Notes: generated by a model from the letters alone, not told the origin. A DNA stretch of 31,002 nucleotides from Planctomycetota bacterium (GCA_027001995.1 JALTLO010000188.1:1-31002); one strand, 5' to 3'; numbered from the stretch's first letter, positions 6,605-15,870 are shown. Program-made: numbers and translations.

Positions 6605-8575
6605 TCATTTGCGACCTAATCTCTTTTTGCCAGCTTTGAGGAATACCTTTTTGTCGAACTCCATCTCTGCACATGCTGCCTGAAATTCAAATGCTTCCGT
6701 ACTGGCGTCCTTTCGGAACACCCACTTGAGATCGCTCAAGTCTTTGGGGTCGGAACGCTTTCGGAGAATACGTAGGAATGCGAGCCATCGCCGAGTCAAG
6801 CCATCGACCGTACGTAACTCCGGGCATTCCCATGATTCCATTACGTAGTCGAAGTCGTCGATCTGGGAACGATTCTTCTTTCGCAGTTCTTTCAGCGTCT
6901 TCCAAACCCAAACTCGTGGATTGAAATCGCCAGCAAAAACGCTCTTGGACACCTCAAGAACTCTCTCTTTTCCAAGAGCAAGGTCTGGTGGAATCTCGCT
7001 CAACAAAGTCTCAGCTTTTTCCAAGGAGACTTTCGCCACGCTACTCGGTTCGCCGGATTGGTAGTGGTTGTACAGGTCTTCGAAGAGCCTGAAGTCCTCT
7101 TTGAATTTGAAGTGACTCTTGGATGCGCCGGAAGATGCTGCAACTGAGCATGTGAAAACCAACTCTCTGCCAGGTTTCCTGGCAAGGAACCATCGCTCGA
7201 TGAAAGAGGCATTCACAGCTTCTTTGCTTGCGGCGATGAAGTCCAGGAAGCTCAACAATGTCAAAGGAAAGGACTTCGCCGAGGACTCTTCGACCAAGTC
7301 ATGAATGGCCAGTATTAACTCTGCGAGCTTCTGACCACTTTTCACTCCATGAACTACGGCCCTGTGAACCGCGCCGCTCTCTCCCGACTCGGCAGCAACT
7401 GAGATGTTCGTCAATCCACCAAGTTCGACAATGACGCCGGAACACCACAAGTAGAACCAACTCCCGGCCACATCGTCAGTCATCGCGAACCGCAGGAACT
7501 TGGTTGTTACAAACGCCGGGACTTGAGCCAGGAGAGAAGACCAAGAATCAGAAGATTGTTCAAAAGAATGGCTCACCGGCGTGTCGGTGAGTCCTCCCTT
7601 GGTTTCTCTTTCTTTGTTTCCAAGAGGGGGCCGAAGGCCCTGGGGGGCATAACCCCATGGGAGAGAACATCCTATGGCATGAATTGGCGTTGACTCTGTC
7701 GGTACAGGAATGGCGGATTCACGACGGCGCTTCCGGTACGAAAATGACGACCACGCGGCAGGTGACCAAAATGCAACTCCTCGGTTGTCGACTTGCCATG
7801 ACACTTCTGCGTCCCGCGCAAAGGTTGCGAACCAAGTCTTGGCGGCGCGATCAAACGAGTGCCACCGGAGTCCGAGCTCATCGAGAAGCCTAAGGTCTTT
7901 AGGCGCACACCAAAGATGACCCTTCATCATGTTCGCATTCGCCGCATGAATCCCCAACACCCGGAATCGACCCTTGCCCTCGTCGGCGATCACCTGAAGA
8001 TCTCTTAGTTCGTTAATGGCTTTGGTGGCATAGGTCTTGCTCATGCCAAGAGTGCTACAAATCTCATTGGAAGAACTTCGAGCGGGGCCACCTTTGGACC
8101 AGTGAGTCAACGCCTTGTGCATTAGATGCAAGTACGTCAACAACGCATGTTCAGACAGCGACGAGATGAGAAGTCTCGGCACGCGATGAAACCACCCCAA
8201 TGATCCTTTCTCAATTGACGAATAGGTCTCGTTAAGGGAGAGCTTTGACCAGCCTTTTGCGTTGGGCCAGACCGGGACGCCGTTCTTGAATAAACCGAGT
8301 TTCTTGAGTGTTCTGAGGTTCTTCTCTGCACTCGACCGGGACAATCCGAAGCGATGCGCGGTTCGCTCAATTGTTAGCCGCCCAGAGTTCCCTATGCGTC
8401 GAAGAGAATGCATTTCCATGCGAACCCGGAGGGCTTTGCGTTTGACCTTAAGCCCCAGAATGTAGATCAGTGGTACGGGTATTCGGATCCAAGATAGTTG
8501 GTCCAAATGTGCTTGTGCGGTTGAATCAATCGTCGCTGAGTCGGGGCAAAGTGCGCCAATATCGTCATACTGCAT
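6605..8575 (-). CDS. Putative replication initiator with tandem winged-HTH domains (656 aa)
   Basis: AGGAG RBS then ATG 8575. Two HTH-like segments: TIERTAHRFGLSRSSAEKNLRTLKKLGL and SSNEICSTLGMSKTYATKAINELRDLQVI. C-terminal half unrecognised. Confidence 0.6.
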   Translation of the reverse strand: MQYDDIGALCPDSATIDSTAQAHLDQLSWIRIPVPLIYILGLKVKRKALRVRMEMHSLRRIGNSGRLTIERTAHRFGLSRSSAEKNLRTLKKLGLFKNGVPVWPNAKGWSKLSLNETYSSIEKGSLGWFHRVPRLLISSLSEHALLTYLHLMHKALTHWSKGGPARSSSNEICSTLGMSKTYATKAINELRDLQVIADEGKGRFRVLGIHAANANMMKGHLWCAPKDLRLLDELGLRWHSFDRAAKTWFATFARDAEVSWQVDNRGVAFWSPAAWSSFSYRKRRRESAIPVPTESTPIHAIGCSLPWGYAPQGLRPPLGNKERETKGGLTDTPVSHSFEQSSDSWSSLLAQVPAFVTTKFLRFAMTDDVAGSWFYLWCSGVIVELGGLTNISVAAESGESGAVHRAVVHGVKSGQKLAELILAIHDLVEESSAKSFPLTLLSFLDFIAASKEAVNASFIERWFLARKPGRELVFTCSVAASSGASKSHFKFKEDFRLFEDLYNHYQSGEPSSVAKVSLEKAETLLSEIPPDLALGKERVLEVSKSVFAGDFNPRVWVWKTLKELRKKNRSQIDDFDYVMESWECPELRTVDGLTRRWLAFLRILRKRSDPKDLSDLKWVFRKDASTEAFEFQAACAEMEFDKKVFLKAGKKRLGRK

Positions 8576-8740
8576 TTGAATTCTCCTTTGCCCGGCCAAA
8601 TGGGTTGCCGCCCTGGCCGGGCCTTTGCTTGGTGTCTTCAATCAGTATGCGGAAATCGGATCGTTCGCTTCTGTGATTCTTTGGTTGAAGAAGCGACCCT
8701 GTGTCTGCAATTCAGACACAGGATGTTCGTCTCGAATGGG

Positions 8741-9448
8741 CTACACCGGCGAGGCGTTCTGAGGAAGTACCAGAAAGCCCGCAGGGGTCGACTTGAAATA
8801 TACAAAGACCGCCGCTCGTTCTTGACCACCGGCGTCTATGATTCGAAGGCGGCGGCCAGCCTTCCATTCCAATTCTGGATCTATCCACTTTGCAAGCATG
8901 TAAGTACCCGATGGCTTCAATAAGTAACCGTTAGGCTTTGAGTAGTGGTGAAAAACAAGACCGAATCCTTGACCAAGAAACTGGTGTTCATCCTCATCAT
9001 TAGAAAACGACTTGAACTTGGGCGGATCGTTCTTCTTCGAGACTTTTAGGAAGGAATCTGGCTCAGGGTAGTACGCTGCCTCGACATCAAAGACACTATT
9101 TTCTGGGAATGGCTCCACGAGCGCGCCGTCGGGGGATAGACCAAGTCGACCTTCTGACGGCAAGACAAGCACGCCGCTGTTCTTGTTCAGCGCCCAGAAT
9201 GACAGGTCGATCGGATTCCCACTTTCATCAGATGCCGAGACTGAGCGGCCAGTGATGTCGTACCGAAGACCTTCAGGCGAAACTGCACGATAGACAATGC
9301 TGGGGTCCAGCTGAAAAGACACAGTTACGAGGTGACCGTCGAGGTCAAATCCTCGCTGCGATTCGATCTGGGCGATCTTGTCGGCGACGAGATCCGCCGC
9401 CAATTCCAAATCCGTTATGTTTTCCCAGTTAATCTCGCCTTGACTCAT
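8741..9448 (-). CDS. Hypothetical protein (235 aa)
   Basis: GGAGGT RBS before ATG 9448 (MSQGEINW...); divergent from the excisionase. Confidence 0.65.
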   Translation of the reverse strand: MSQGEINWENITDLELAADLVADKIAQIESQRGFDLDGHLVTVSFQLDPSIVYRAVSPEGLRYDITGRSVSASDESGNPIDLSFWALNKNSGVLVLPSEGRLGLSPDGALVEPFPENSVFDVEAAYYPEPDSFLKVSKKNDPPKFKSFSNDEDEHQFLGQGFGLVFHHYSKPNGYLLKPSGTYMLAKWIDPELEWKAGRRLRIIDAGGQERAAVFVYFKSTPAGFLVLPQNASPV

Positions 9449-9620
9449 TGATGTCACCTCCAGAGGTGGAGCATCACTCGCGAGGCAAGTTTCGTCAACT
9501 GCCAGCTCGGTCAAGCGGCCCAACGGGCTAAGCGATAAAGCCTTGCTTGCCCAGATCCACGCAAATTTGGTTTTTTAACATTGATCCGCCACGAGATCGA
9601 CATCTGGCCATACTGGTTTT

Positions 9621-9959
9621 GTGGACAACTTACGATCAAAATGGACCGAAGCAGACTTTCCTGACAATGACGGTGTTCTTGTCACTGGGGATGATGTGTA
9701 CTTCACTCCCAAGGCGCTGGCGAAAAGGCTCGGGTTGGGCGAAGACTTGGTTGTCGAGCGAGTCAAGAGGAAGCGGATCCCGTCGATCAGGGGATTTGTT
9801 GATGGAGAGCGGATGGTGCCGCTCTCGATGCTCAGTGAGGAGCTTGAGCGCCGGAAGGGCGCTGAGAGCGGCAGTGTTGAACTTAGTCTGTCAGATACTG
9901 ACAAGATCACGCCGGGCGCGAGAGCCGCAGCTGAGGCCCTGGCAAGTCGTCGGAAGTGA
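9621..9959 (+). CDS. Excisionase / recombination directionality factor (HTH_17-like)
   Basis: YFTPKALAKRLGLGEDLVVERVKRKRIPS...RMVP pattern; adjacent and convergent to the integrase. Confidence 0.7.
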   Translation: MDNLRSKWTEADFPDNDGVLVTGDDVYFTPKALAKRLGLGEDLVVERVKRKRIPSIRGFVDGERMVPLSMLSEELERRKGAESGSVELSLSDTDKITPGARAAAEALASRRK

Positions 9960-11127
9960 CAAGGGCTGCCAGTTCCAAAAGGCCCTCGAACGCTCTATCC
10001 GTTAGTTTTCGAACCGCCTCAAAGTCCCTTCGCCTGGAATAGTGATTCTTGGCTACCCGATAACCACCCTCGACTCCATCTTGGTGACGGAGCAGCCTTG
10101 CAAGCTCCATGTCGTAGAGGCCTTGGTCTTGGAGGTAGACTGAATAAGACTTCCTCAGCGACAAGAAGTTGAATCCCTTCCACTTTCGACGCAGACGACC
10201 TCTCATCGAATCAGCCGTTATCTTGGTGAAAAAGGTGCCGTTCGCGGTGGGCCAAATGGGGCCGCTTGCTTTTTGTCGCTGCTTGAAGGCCAAGCTCAGA
10301 ACCTCTGGAATTGGTACTTCTGTTCGGCGTATTGATGACGACTTCTTCTTGACCACCTCGATTAAGATAGAACGTCTCTCTGGATCGTAGTTCTTCCAGT
10401 CCGCTTTCTGCCACTCAAGGGGGCTGAGGCCCATGGAGAAGGCTCCGACTACGATCCAGTGGAAGTAGTCCCAACGGGGATCAGAGAAGTCGTGTGTGAG
10501 ATGGGTACCTAGCTCCTTGGGCGTCCAGATCTTGGTGCCGGGCTCCTGTTGCTCGGGGAGAGCCACATAGGCAGCTGGGTTGCTTTGCAGGATATTGAGG
10601 TGGCAGGCAAGGTGGAATGCGGCCTTGATGTAGCCAAAATAGTCCCTTGCAGTGGCGGGGGAGAGCGCCTTGCCGCCTTTTGAGGTGCCCTCATTGAGCA
10701 AGCGATGCAAGAAGGACGAAGCATGTTGGTCGGTGAGCTCGTGGGCTGGCAAGTCGCCATGTTGGTCAATGAACTCGGCAAATACAGCTTTCTTCCTCTC
10801 TATAACGAGGTCGGTGTTTCGGATGCAGCGGGAGTCCAAGTAACGCTCGAAGATGGCGCTGACGGGAGTGGCTTCTTTCTTGAGGCGAGGTTGGACTGCT
10901 GGGAGCTCCTTGAGCCCTTGTTCAAAGAGGGTGCGTGCCGTTTGTGCATCCTTTTCGGTGATGGTGCCATTTCGGCCGCTGGGTGTGAGTTCCAAGGTTT
11001 TCAGCATCTTCTTAGATACTGACTGTGTAAACCATCGGTTGGTATAGGGGTCTTTGGCCTTGAACTCCCAGTACCTTCGGCCTTTCTTGGTCACGGCGTA
11101 GACGCCGGTTCTTCTTGTCTTAGACAT
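9907..11127 (-). CDS. Tyrosine recombinase/integrase
   Basis: Core-binding segment (LSPATARDYFGYIKAAF...NPA), box I GLSPLE, box II LSLRKSY, LLRH and C-terminal HY nucleophile; GGGAG RBS; next to tRNA. Confidence 0.9.
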   Translation of the reverse strand: MSKTRRTGVYAVTKKGRRYWEFKAKDPYTNRWFTQSVSKKMLKTLELTPSGRNGTITEKDAQTARTLFEQGLKELPAVQPRLKKEATPVSAIFERYLDSRCIRNTDLVIERKKAVFAEFIDQHGDLPAHELTDQHASSFLHRLLNEGTSKGGKALSPATARDYFGYIKAAFHLACHLNILQSNPAAYVALPEQQEPGTKIWTPKELGTHLTHDFSDPRWDYFHWIVVGAFSMGLSPLEWQKADWKNYDPERRSILIEVVKKKSSSIRRTEVPIPEVLSLAFKQRQKASGPIWPTANGTFFTKITADSMRGRLRRKWKGFNFLSLRKSYSVYLQDQGLYDMELARLLRHQDGVEGGYRVAKNHYSRRRDFEAVRKLTDRAFEGLLELAALVTSDDLPGPQLRLSRPA

Positions 11128-11189
11128 GGTGACTTCTCCCTTAACAGTGTGAGAGAAACCGAGGCCTGTGCAGGAGAAATCTTGTTGGT

Positions 11190-11212
11190 TTGGCGGAACT
11201 CTTGGCGGAACT
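11190..11212. repeat. Tandem 11-bp direct repeat TTGGCGGAACT (candidate integrase arm-type sites)
   Basis: Exact copies at 11190-11200 and 11202-11212, between the integrase start and the tRNA 3' end. Confidence 0.6.
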
Positions 11213-11232
11213 GGGGTTTTGGGGTGGACACG

Positions 11233-11273
11233 AAAAAACCCTCGGGTCGCAAGTTGTTGCGGGCCAAGGGTTT
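11233..11273 (-). terminator. Intrinsic terminator after tRNA-Val
   Basis: Minus strand AAACCCTTGGCCCGCAA-CAAC-TTGCGACCCGAGGGTTTTTT: imperfect long stem followed by U6. Confidence 0.65.
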
Positions 11274-11279
11274 ATTGAG

Positions 11280-11353
11280 TGGGCGTACCTGGATTCGAAC
11301 CGGGGACCTCTACGATGTCAACGTAGCGCTCTAACCAACTGAGCTATACGCCC
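11280..11353 (-). tRNA. tRNA-Val(GAC)
   Basis: GGGCGTATAGCTCAGTTGGTTAGAGCGCTACGTTGACATCGTAGAGGTCCCCGGTTCGAATCCAGGTACGCCCA: full cloverleaf, anticodon GAC, CCA not encoded. Confidence 0.97.
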
Positions 11354-11693
11354 TTTCGGGTGGGCGCATTCTGTCTGGAGTTTGGGTCTTCATCAAGGTT
11401 TGGGGCGACTTTGTTGTAAATTGTTTGTTTGTAGTTGCTTGAAGGGGCGGAAGGCGATATTTTTCTGGGGACAGGCCAAGGCGATTTAAGGAAATCTGAG
11501 AAAATCTGTATTTGGATGGTATGAGACCACAACTGATTCTATGAGTTGGAAGTGAGTTTTTGCTCATTCGGTGTTGTGGCAAAAGAAAACGGGCCGTGCT
11601 GGACAATCTGGATAAATCTTATTAATTGTGCGGGAGTCCCGACGGTAATTTTGTGCCTTGTCGGTAAACACTGTGCTCCAAAAGGATGTACCC

Positions 11694-12302
11694 GTGGTGG
11701 AAAAAACACGTAAGACCAATGGTGTGACTGGTAAAGACGTCTTTACAACCGGGCAAGTTGCCAAGATTTGTAAGGTGACGATTCGCACCGTGATCAAGTG
11801 GTATGAAGCGGGGAAGTTGGAGGGATACAAGATTCCCGCTTCCAAAGACCGCCGTATCCCCAAGAGTAGCCTCCTCAAGTTTCTGCAAGATCATGACTAT
11901 CCCTATGATCCTGCAATTTTTTCCGACAAAATCCGTGTCTTGGTGGCTGATGACGATCCTGGGATTCTTCAACTGTTTAAGGACGAGTTGGCCTTCATGC
12001 CCGAAGTTGAATTGGCTTTTGCATCCAGTGGTTACAAAGCAGGGTTTGAGACTGCGCGGACAAGACCGCAGCTTTTGATCTTGGACTACAACTTGGGCGA
12101 CATCGACGCCGAGCAAGTTTTGGAAACACTCACGGGCGATGACGTCTTGTCGGATACGCGGGTGGTGGTGATGACCGGGTTCTTGAATGATGCGGAGGTC
12201 GAGAAATTGAAGGATAAAGGGATGCGTGTGTGGCGCAAACCCCTGAACTTCGACCGAGTGCGGGCAGAAATCAAAGAATCTTCGCCGGTCTTACGCTTCT
12301 GA
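11694..12302 (+). CDS. Response regulator with N-terminal HTH_17 DNA-binding domain and C-terminal receiver
   Basis: FTTGQVAKICKVTIRTVIKWYEAGKL...RRIP, then VLVADDD, LILD, MTG, KP receiver motifs. Start uncertain (GTG 11694 after AAGGA; ORF extends to 11658). Confidence 0.88.
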   Translation: MVEKTRKTNGVTGKDVFTTGQVAKICKVTIRTVIKWYEAGKLEGYKIPASKDRRIPKSSLLKFLQDHDYPYDPAIFSDKIRVLVADDDPGILQLFKDELAFMPEVELAFASSGYKAGFETARTRPQLLILDYNLGDIDAEQVLETLTGDDVLSDTRVVVMTGFLNDAEVEKLKDKGMRVWRKPLNFDRVRAEIKESSPVLRF

Positions 12303-12337
12303 TTTTGTCTCTTCGCTTTCCGATGTAAGCTTCATCC

Positions 12338-13741
12338 ATGATGGAAGAAGCTTTGCTCACACGTGGTCACCTTGTCATGCGCCTGCTGCGTTTTGGTGCG
12401 CCTTTGGCTTTTGCCATGGCATTTCACGGGTTGTTCAACTGTATTGATCTTTTGATCGTCGGCCGTTTGGGCCCTGGAGCCGTGGCTTCTGTCACCATTG
12501 GTGGCATTGTCAACATGGCGGCTATGCTGGCATTCAATGGGGTGGCTAACGTCATTGGGGGCAAAGCATCTTGGGCCGCAGGTACTCAGGATTTTGATGA
12601 GTTTGGCCGAATCTACAGCTCAGGTTTTTTTCTCACTGGGTGCATGAGCATTGGGTTAGGTGGCGCCTTTGCCCTGTTGACCCCTTATTTGATCGGCTCT
12701 TTTGCCGCTGATCCACAAACAGCTCAGTCGAGCTCCACTTACCTCCTCATTTTATCTCTTGGGTCTGGCACCATGTTCTTCATGTTGTTTCAGTGCGCTA
12801 TCCTGAGGGGGTTGGGCAAGTCTTTGGCCCCGATGATTGCCCTGATAGGTGCCAATGTCATCAACCTGCTCTTAGATGTGATCCTGGTGTTCGGTTTGTG
12901 GGGATTTCCTAAGCTGGGGGTGGAGGGAGCCGCCTGGGCTACAGTTTTCTCCCGGCTGTTGGGCGTGATTTATCTTCAGGTCGTTATGGGGCGCTTGAAG
13001 AAGCAATGGCCCCTCCTTCCGAAGAAAAGAAGTTTGGTCCTTAGGTTTCTCAATCAAGGTTGCGTCCACTCCCTACAAATGGTGATCCGAGTGGTTTCGA
13101 TCTACTACATCTTGGTGATTGCCTCGGGTTCGCTGGCTAACACCCATAGCCAACACAGGGGCCAAAGTGTGCGAGACTTCTTGGACGGCGTTGGCATCGG
13201 AATTCGTTTGGAAATGGTGATTCTATTTTGTTGTTTGGGATGGGGCACAGGAGCAGCGTCGTTTCTTGGGCAGAATATGGCGGCTGGATTGAGGAAGCGA
13301 GCGTTTCGAGGGGTCTTAGTGGCTACAACTTTGGCCTTAGGATCTTCGTTGAGCTTGGGTCTTCTCCTTTATTTCTTGGCGCCGGAAATTTTGGGGTTTG
13401 TGGCCCCGAAAGCCACGGGTGATTCTTTAGGTTATGGTGTTTCTTATCTGCAGACGGTGATCCTTGGGCATCCCGGTCTCATCTGCGCCATTGTTATTTC
13501 TCAAGCTTTGGTGGGAATTTCTTCGGTCTGGACGGCGGTAATTTTGGACACCGTCCTTTATTTGGGTTTGCTCCTGCCTTTGGCTTCTTGGCTCGTGTCG
13601 AAGAATCACGAGGTCGGAGATATTTGGGCTCTAATCGTGGGTATACACCTGATTTCGGCACCTCTCTATTTGTTCTTTTTTGGCAAGCGAATTTTGGAAG
13701 AAAAACAAAAAGATGCGCCAAACCATGCGCCAGCCACATGA
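12338..13741 (+). CDS. MATE family efflux transporter
   Basis: Many hydrophobic helices; IDLLIVGRLG, LRGLG, NLLLD...FPKLGVEGAAWAT, GQNMAAG motifs. Confidence 0.92.
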   Translation: MMEEALLTRGHLVMRLLRFGAPLAFAMAFHGLFNCIDLLIVGRLGPGAVASVTIGGIVNMAAMLAFNGVANVIGGKASWAAGTQDFDEFGRIYSSGFFLTGCMSIGLGGAFALLTPYLIGSFAADPQTAQSSSTYLLILSLGSGTMFFMLFQCAILRGLGKSLAPMIALIGANVINLLLDVILVFGLWGFPKLGVEGAAWATVFSRLLGVIYLQVVMGRLKKQWPLLPKKRSLVLRFLNQGCVHSLQMVIRVVSIYYILVIASGSLANTHSQHRGQSVRDFLDGVGIGIRLEMVILFCCLGWGTGAASFLGQNMAAGLRKRAFRGVLVATTLALGSSLSLGLLLYFLAPEILGFVAPKATGDSLGYGVSYLQTVILGHPGLICAIVISQALVGISSVWTAVILDTVLYLGLLLPLASWLVSKNHEVGDIWALIVGIHLISAPLYLFFFGKRILEEKQKDAPNHAPAT

Positions 13742-13816
13742 TCTGTCGCTGCGGCGTTTTGCTTCCCCTAACATGGCTTGAGGTTCTGGCTCATCAGGCG
13801 TAAAACTGGGGTCCCC

Positions 13817-14887
13817 ATGGAACGAGTAAAAATCTCCAAAACCGAACGGTTGCTGAACTTGATTTCTTTCATGCTTCGAACGCCGCGCCCGGTCCCGTTT
13901 TCTCAGATCGCTGGCCACGTTGTTGGCTATGACGATGAGGCTCGCATTGACTCGATCGAAAAGCGTTTCGATCGTGATAAAGCGGAGTTGCGCAACATGG
14001 GAATCCCGGTGGAATATGTGGATAGCGGCGATCAAGAGACGTCTGGTTACATTATCCCCAAGAACAAATTTTTCTTGCGAGATATTGAGTTGGATACAGG
14101 GGACGCCATTTTGCTGGCCATGGCCGGGCGGTGGGGAGCCTTTGCCCTGCGCAGTCCTGTCATGGGAGATGCATTCAATTCTGCCCTGCGCAAGTTGGCT
14201 ATCGACACTCCGACTATTGGGAATCTGCCCGCTGAATCTGCTTCTTTTCTTCAAGTAGGCCGCGGACACGAGAAAGCCACGGAGAATTTTCAGATTATTT
14301 GTGCCTCCATCTACGGACGGCGAACGATTCGCTTTGACTACGTCGGCAGGCGTGATGAAAAGCCAGCCCGGCGTCGGGTGAACCCCTATGGGCTGGGGCT
14401 TTCCGAAGGCGAGTGGTATTTGGTTGGCTATTGTCAAACGCGAAAAGACATCCGGATGTTTAAGATGGCGCGCATCTCCGGAGGGACTGCTCTTACTGGC
14501 GCTTCAGATGCGGGGCCTGAGTTCGAGATTCCAGAGGGATTCAAGGTGGACGATCACCTGAACCGTCGCCCCTGGGATTATGGTGTAGAAGAACCCGTGG
14601 AAGTCAAACTGGAAGTGCCTAGAGACTTAGCCTCTCAATTGCGCCACGAAGCCACTTTGAGTTTTGACATTGTTAACCGCAAGGGCAAGATCCTTGACTT
14701 CAACGATTTGAGCAAGGCGAAGAAAGTGATCCTCAGGTTCTCGGTTAAAAGCCCCGACAGAATGCTTGACTGGATCTTATCGTTGGGCAAAGACGTTCGA
14801 GTCCTTGAACCCCCCTCTCTTCGTGCCAGCGCCTTAGAGCGAATTGATCGATTCCTGGCTCAATACGGCGAGGGGAGCAAGAGATGA
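13817..14887 (+). CDS. PafB-like wHTH-WYL-WCX transcriptional regulator
   Basis: SKTERLLNL...KRFDRDKAELRNMGIP...GY N-terminus as in actinobacterial PafB; RRVNPYGL...WYLVG...RMFKMARI; WCX tail VLEPPSLR. Confidence 0.9.
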   Translation: MERVKISKTERLLNLISFMLRTPRPVPFSQIAGHVVGYDDEARIDSIEKRFDRDKAELRNMGIPVEYVDSGDQETSGYIIPKNKFFLRDIELDTGDAILLAMAGRWGAFALRSPVMGDAFNSALRKLAIDTPTIGNLPAESASFLQVGRGHEKATENFQIICASIYGRRTIRFDYVGRRDEKPARRRVNPYGLGLSEGEWYLVGYCQTRKDIRMFKMARISGGTALTGASDAGPEFEIPEGFKVDDHLNRRPWDYGVEEPVEVKLEVPRDLASQLRHEATLSFDIVNRKGKILDFNDLSKAKKVILRFSVKSPDRMLDWILSLGKDVRVLEPPSLRASALERIDRFLAQYGEGSKR

Positions 14888-15870
14888 ACCTCTCGTTAGA
14901 GACCGTTTTACAATGCTTGGATGTCTTGCCGATTGTACGAGAGAACCAAGGAATCACCTTAGCTGAGTTAGCCAAGCGAACGGGGTTGCCGGCGAAGAAA
15001 ATCTCGGACCAGCTCATTCCGACTCTCATGCTCTGCGGTTCACCTCCCTATATGCCCCATGACTACGTCAACATGTGGTTGGATGGCGACGCCGTCTACG
15101 TGGAGTTCGCTGACCATTTCAAAAGACCGGTGACTCTCTTGCCCATCGAGGTGACGGCTCTACACCTTTCATTGACTGCAGCCGCCCGTCCTGGGGAGCA
15201 TGACGAGACCGTTCGAGAGCGTCTCAGCCTTTTGCGGCACAAAATCGAAAAGGCGTTGCCAGAATCCCAGCGGATCTTCTTGGAAGAATCCTCCCGGGTG
15301 AGTTTGAGCGATCATCCTGACTTGGGCTCACCGATCATTCCACAGATCCGCAATGCCATCGACCGTAAGCGCAAGATTGAGATCGAGTATCTCTCTTTCG
15401 GCGACAAGACCATGAAGCGTCGGGTGGTCCATCCCCATGGAATCTTGGTGAAGGATGGCGTGACTTACATTCCTTGTTTCGATGAGAACCGGGGGCACAT
15501 CTGCTCTTTTCGTCTGGACCGCATCAACGAAGTGCAGTTGCTGAGCGATTATTTCTCGCTTCAACCAGGGTTTAGCGTGGAAGAACATGCCCGAGATGGT
15601 TTGACCCGACCCAGCGATGACGACGAATACGAGATCTTGCTTGAGGCCAAAGGGGCCACCGCACGTTATTTGTCCGAATCCCTCGATCAACGGCAATGGC
15701 ACTGGCAGAAGAACGACGTCTTAGCCATCAAATTGCCAACTAGCAGGCCTCATGCCGTGGTGCAATGGGCCATCAAGAATGGGCCGGATTTAGTTGTGGT
15801 GAGCCCTGCAAGTGCGCGCAACATGGCTATTGAACTCTTGAAGGAACTTCGCCGGGAATACGCCGAATAG
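14884..15870 (+). CDS. PafC-like wHTH-WYL-WCX transcriptional regulator
   Basis: ATGA overlap with previous gene; LMLCGSPPYMPHDYV and FKRPVTL as in PafC; RVVHP...FRLDRI; VVSP. Confidence 0.88.
   Translation: MNLSLETVLQCLDVLPIVRENQGITLAELAKRTGLPAKKISDQLIPTLMLCGSPPYMPHDYVNMWLDGDAVYVEFADHFKRPVTLLPIEVTALHLSLTAAARPGEHDETVRERLSLLRHKIEKALPESQRIFLEESSRVSLSDHPDLGSPIIPQIRNAIDRKRKIEIEYLSFGDKTMKRRVVHPHGILVKDGVTYIPCFDENRGHICSFRLDRINEVQLLSDYFSLQPGFSVEEHARDGLTRPSDDDEYEILLEAKGATARYLSESLDQRQWHWQKNDVLAIKLPTSRPHAVVQWAIKNGPDLVVVSPASARNMAIELLKELRREYAE

Larger units (their letters stand above)
1159..11279 (-). mobile_element. tRNA-Val-associated integrative element (phage-satellite/IME-like); left boundary uncertain
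   Basis: Integrase directly downstream of the tRNA 3' end, excisionase, wHTH rep-like gene and a co-oriented string of hypothetical genes; no capsid, tail or conjugation genes seen. No duplicated tRNA 3' end found, so the island may extend beyond base 1. Confidence 0.75.

Noticed and set aside
11694..12302. HTH_17 domain as a second excisionase of the island
   Set aside because: Fused to a receiver domain and on the host side of the tRNA; an ordinary chromosomal regulator.
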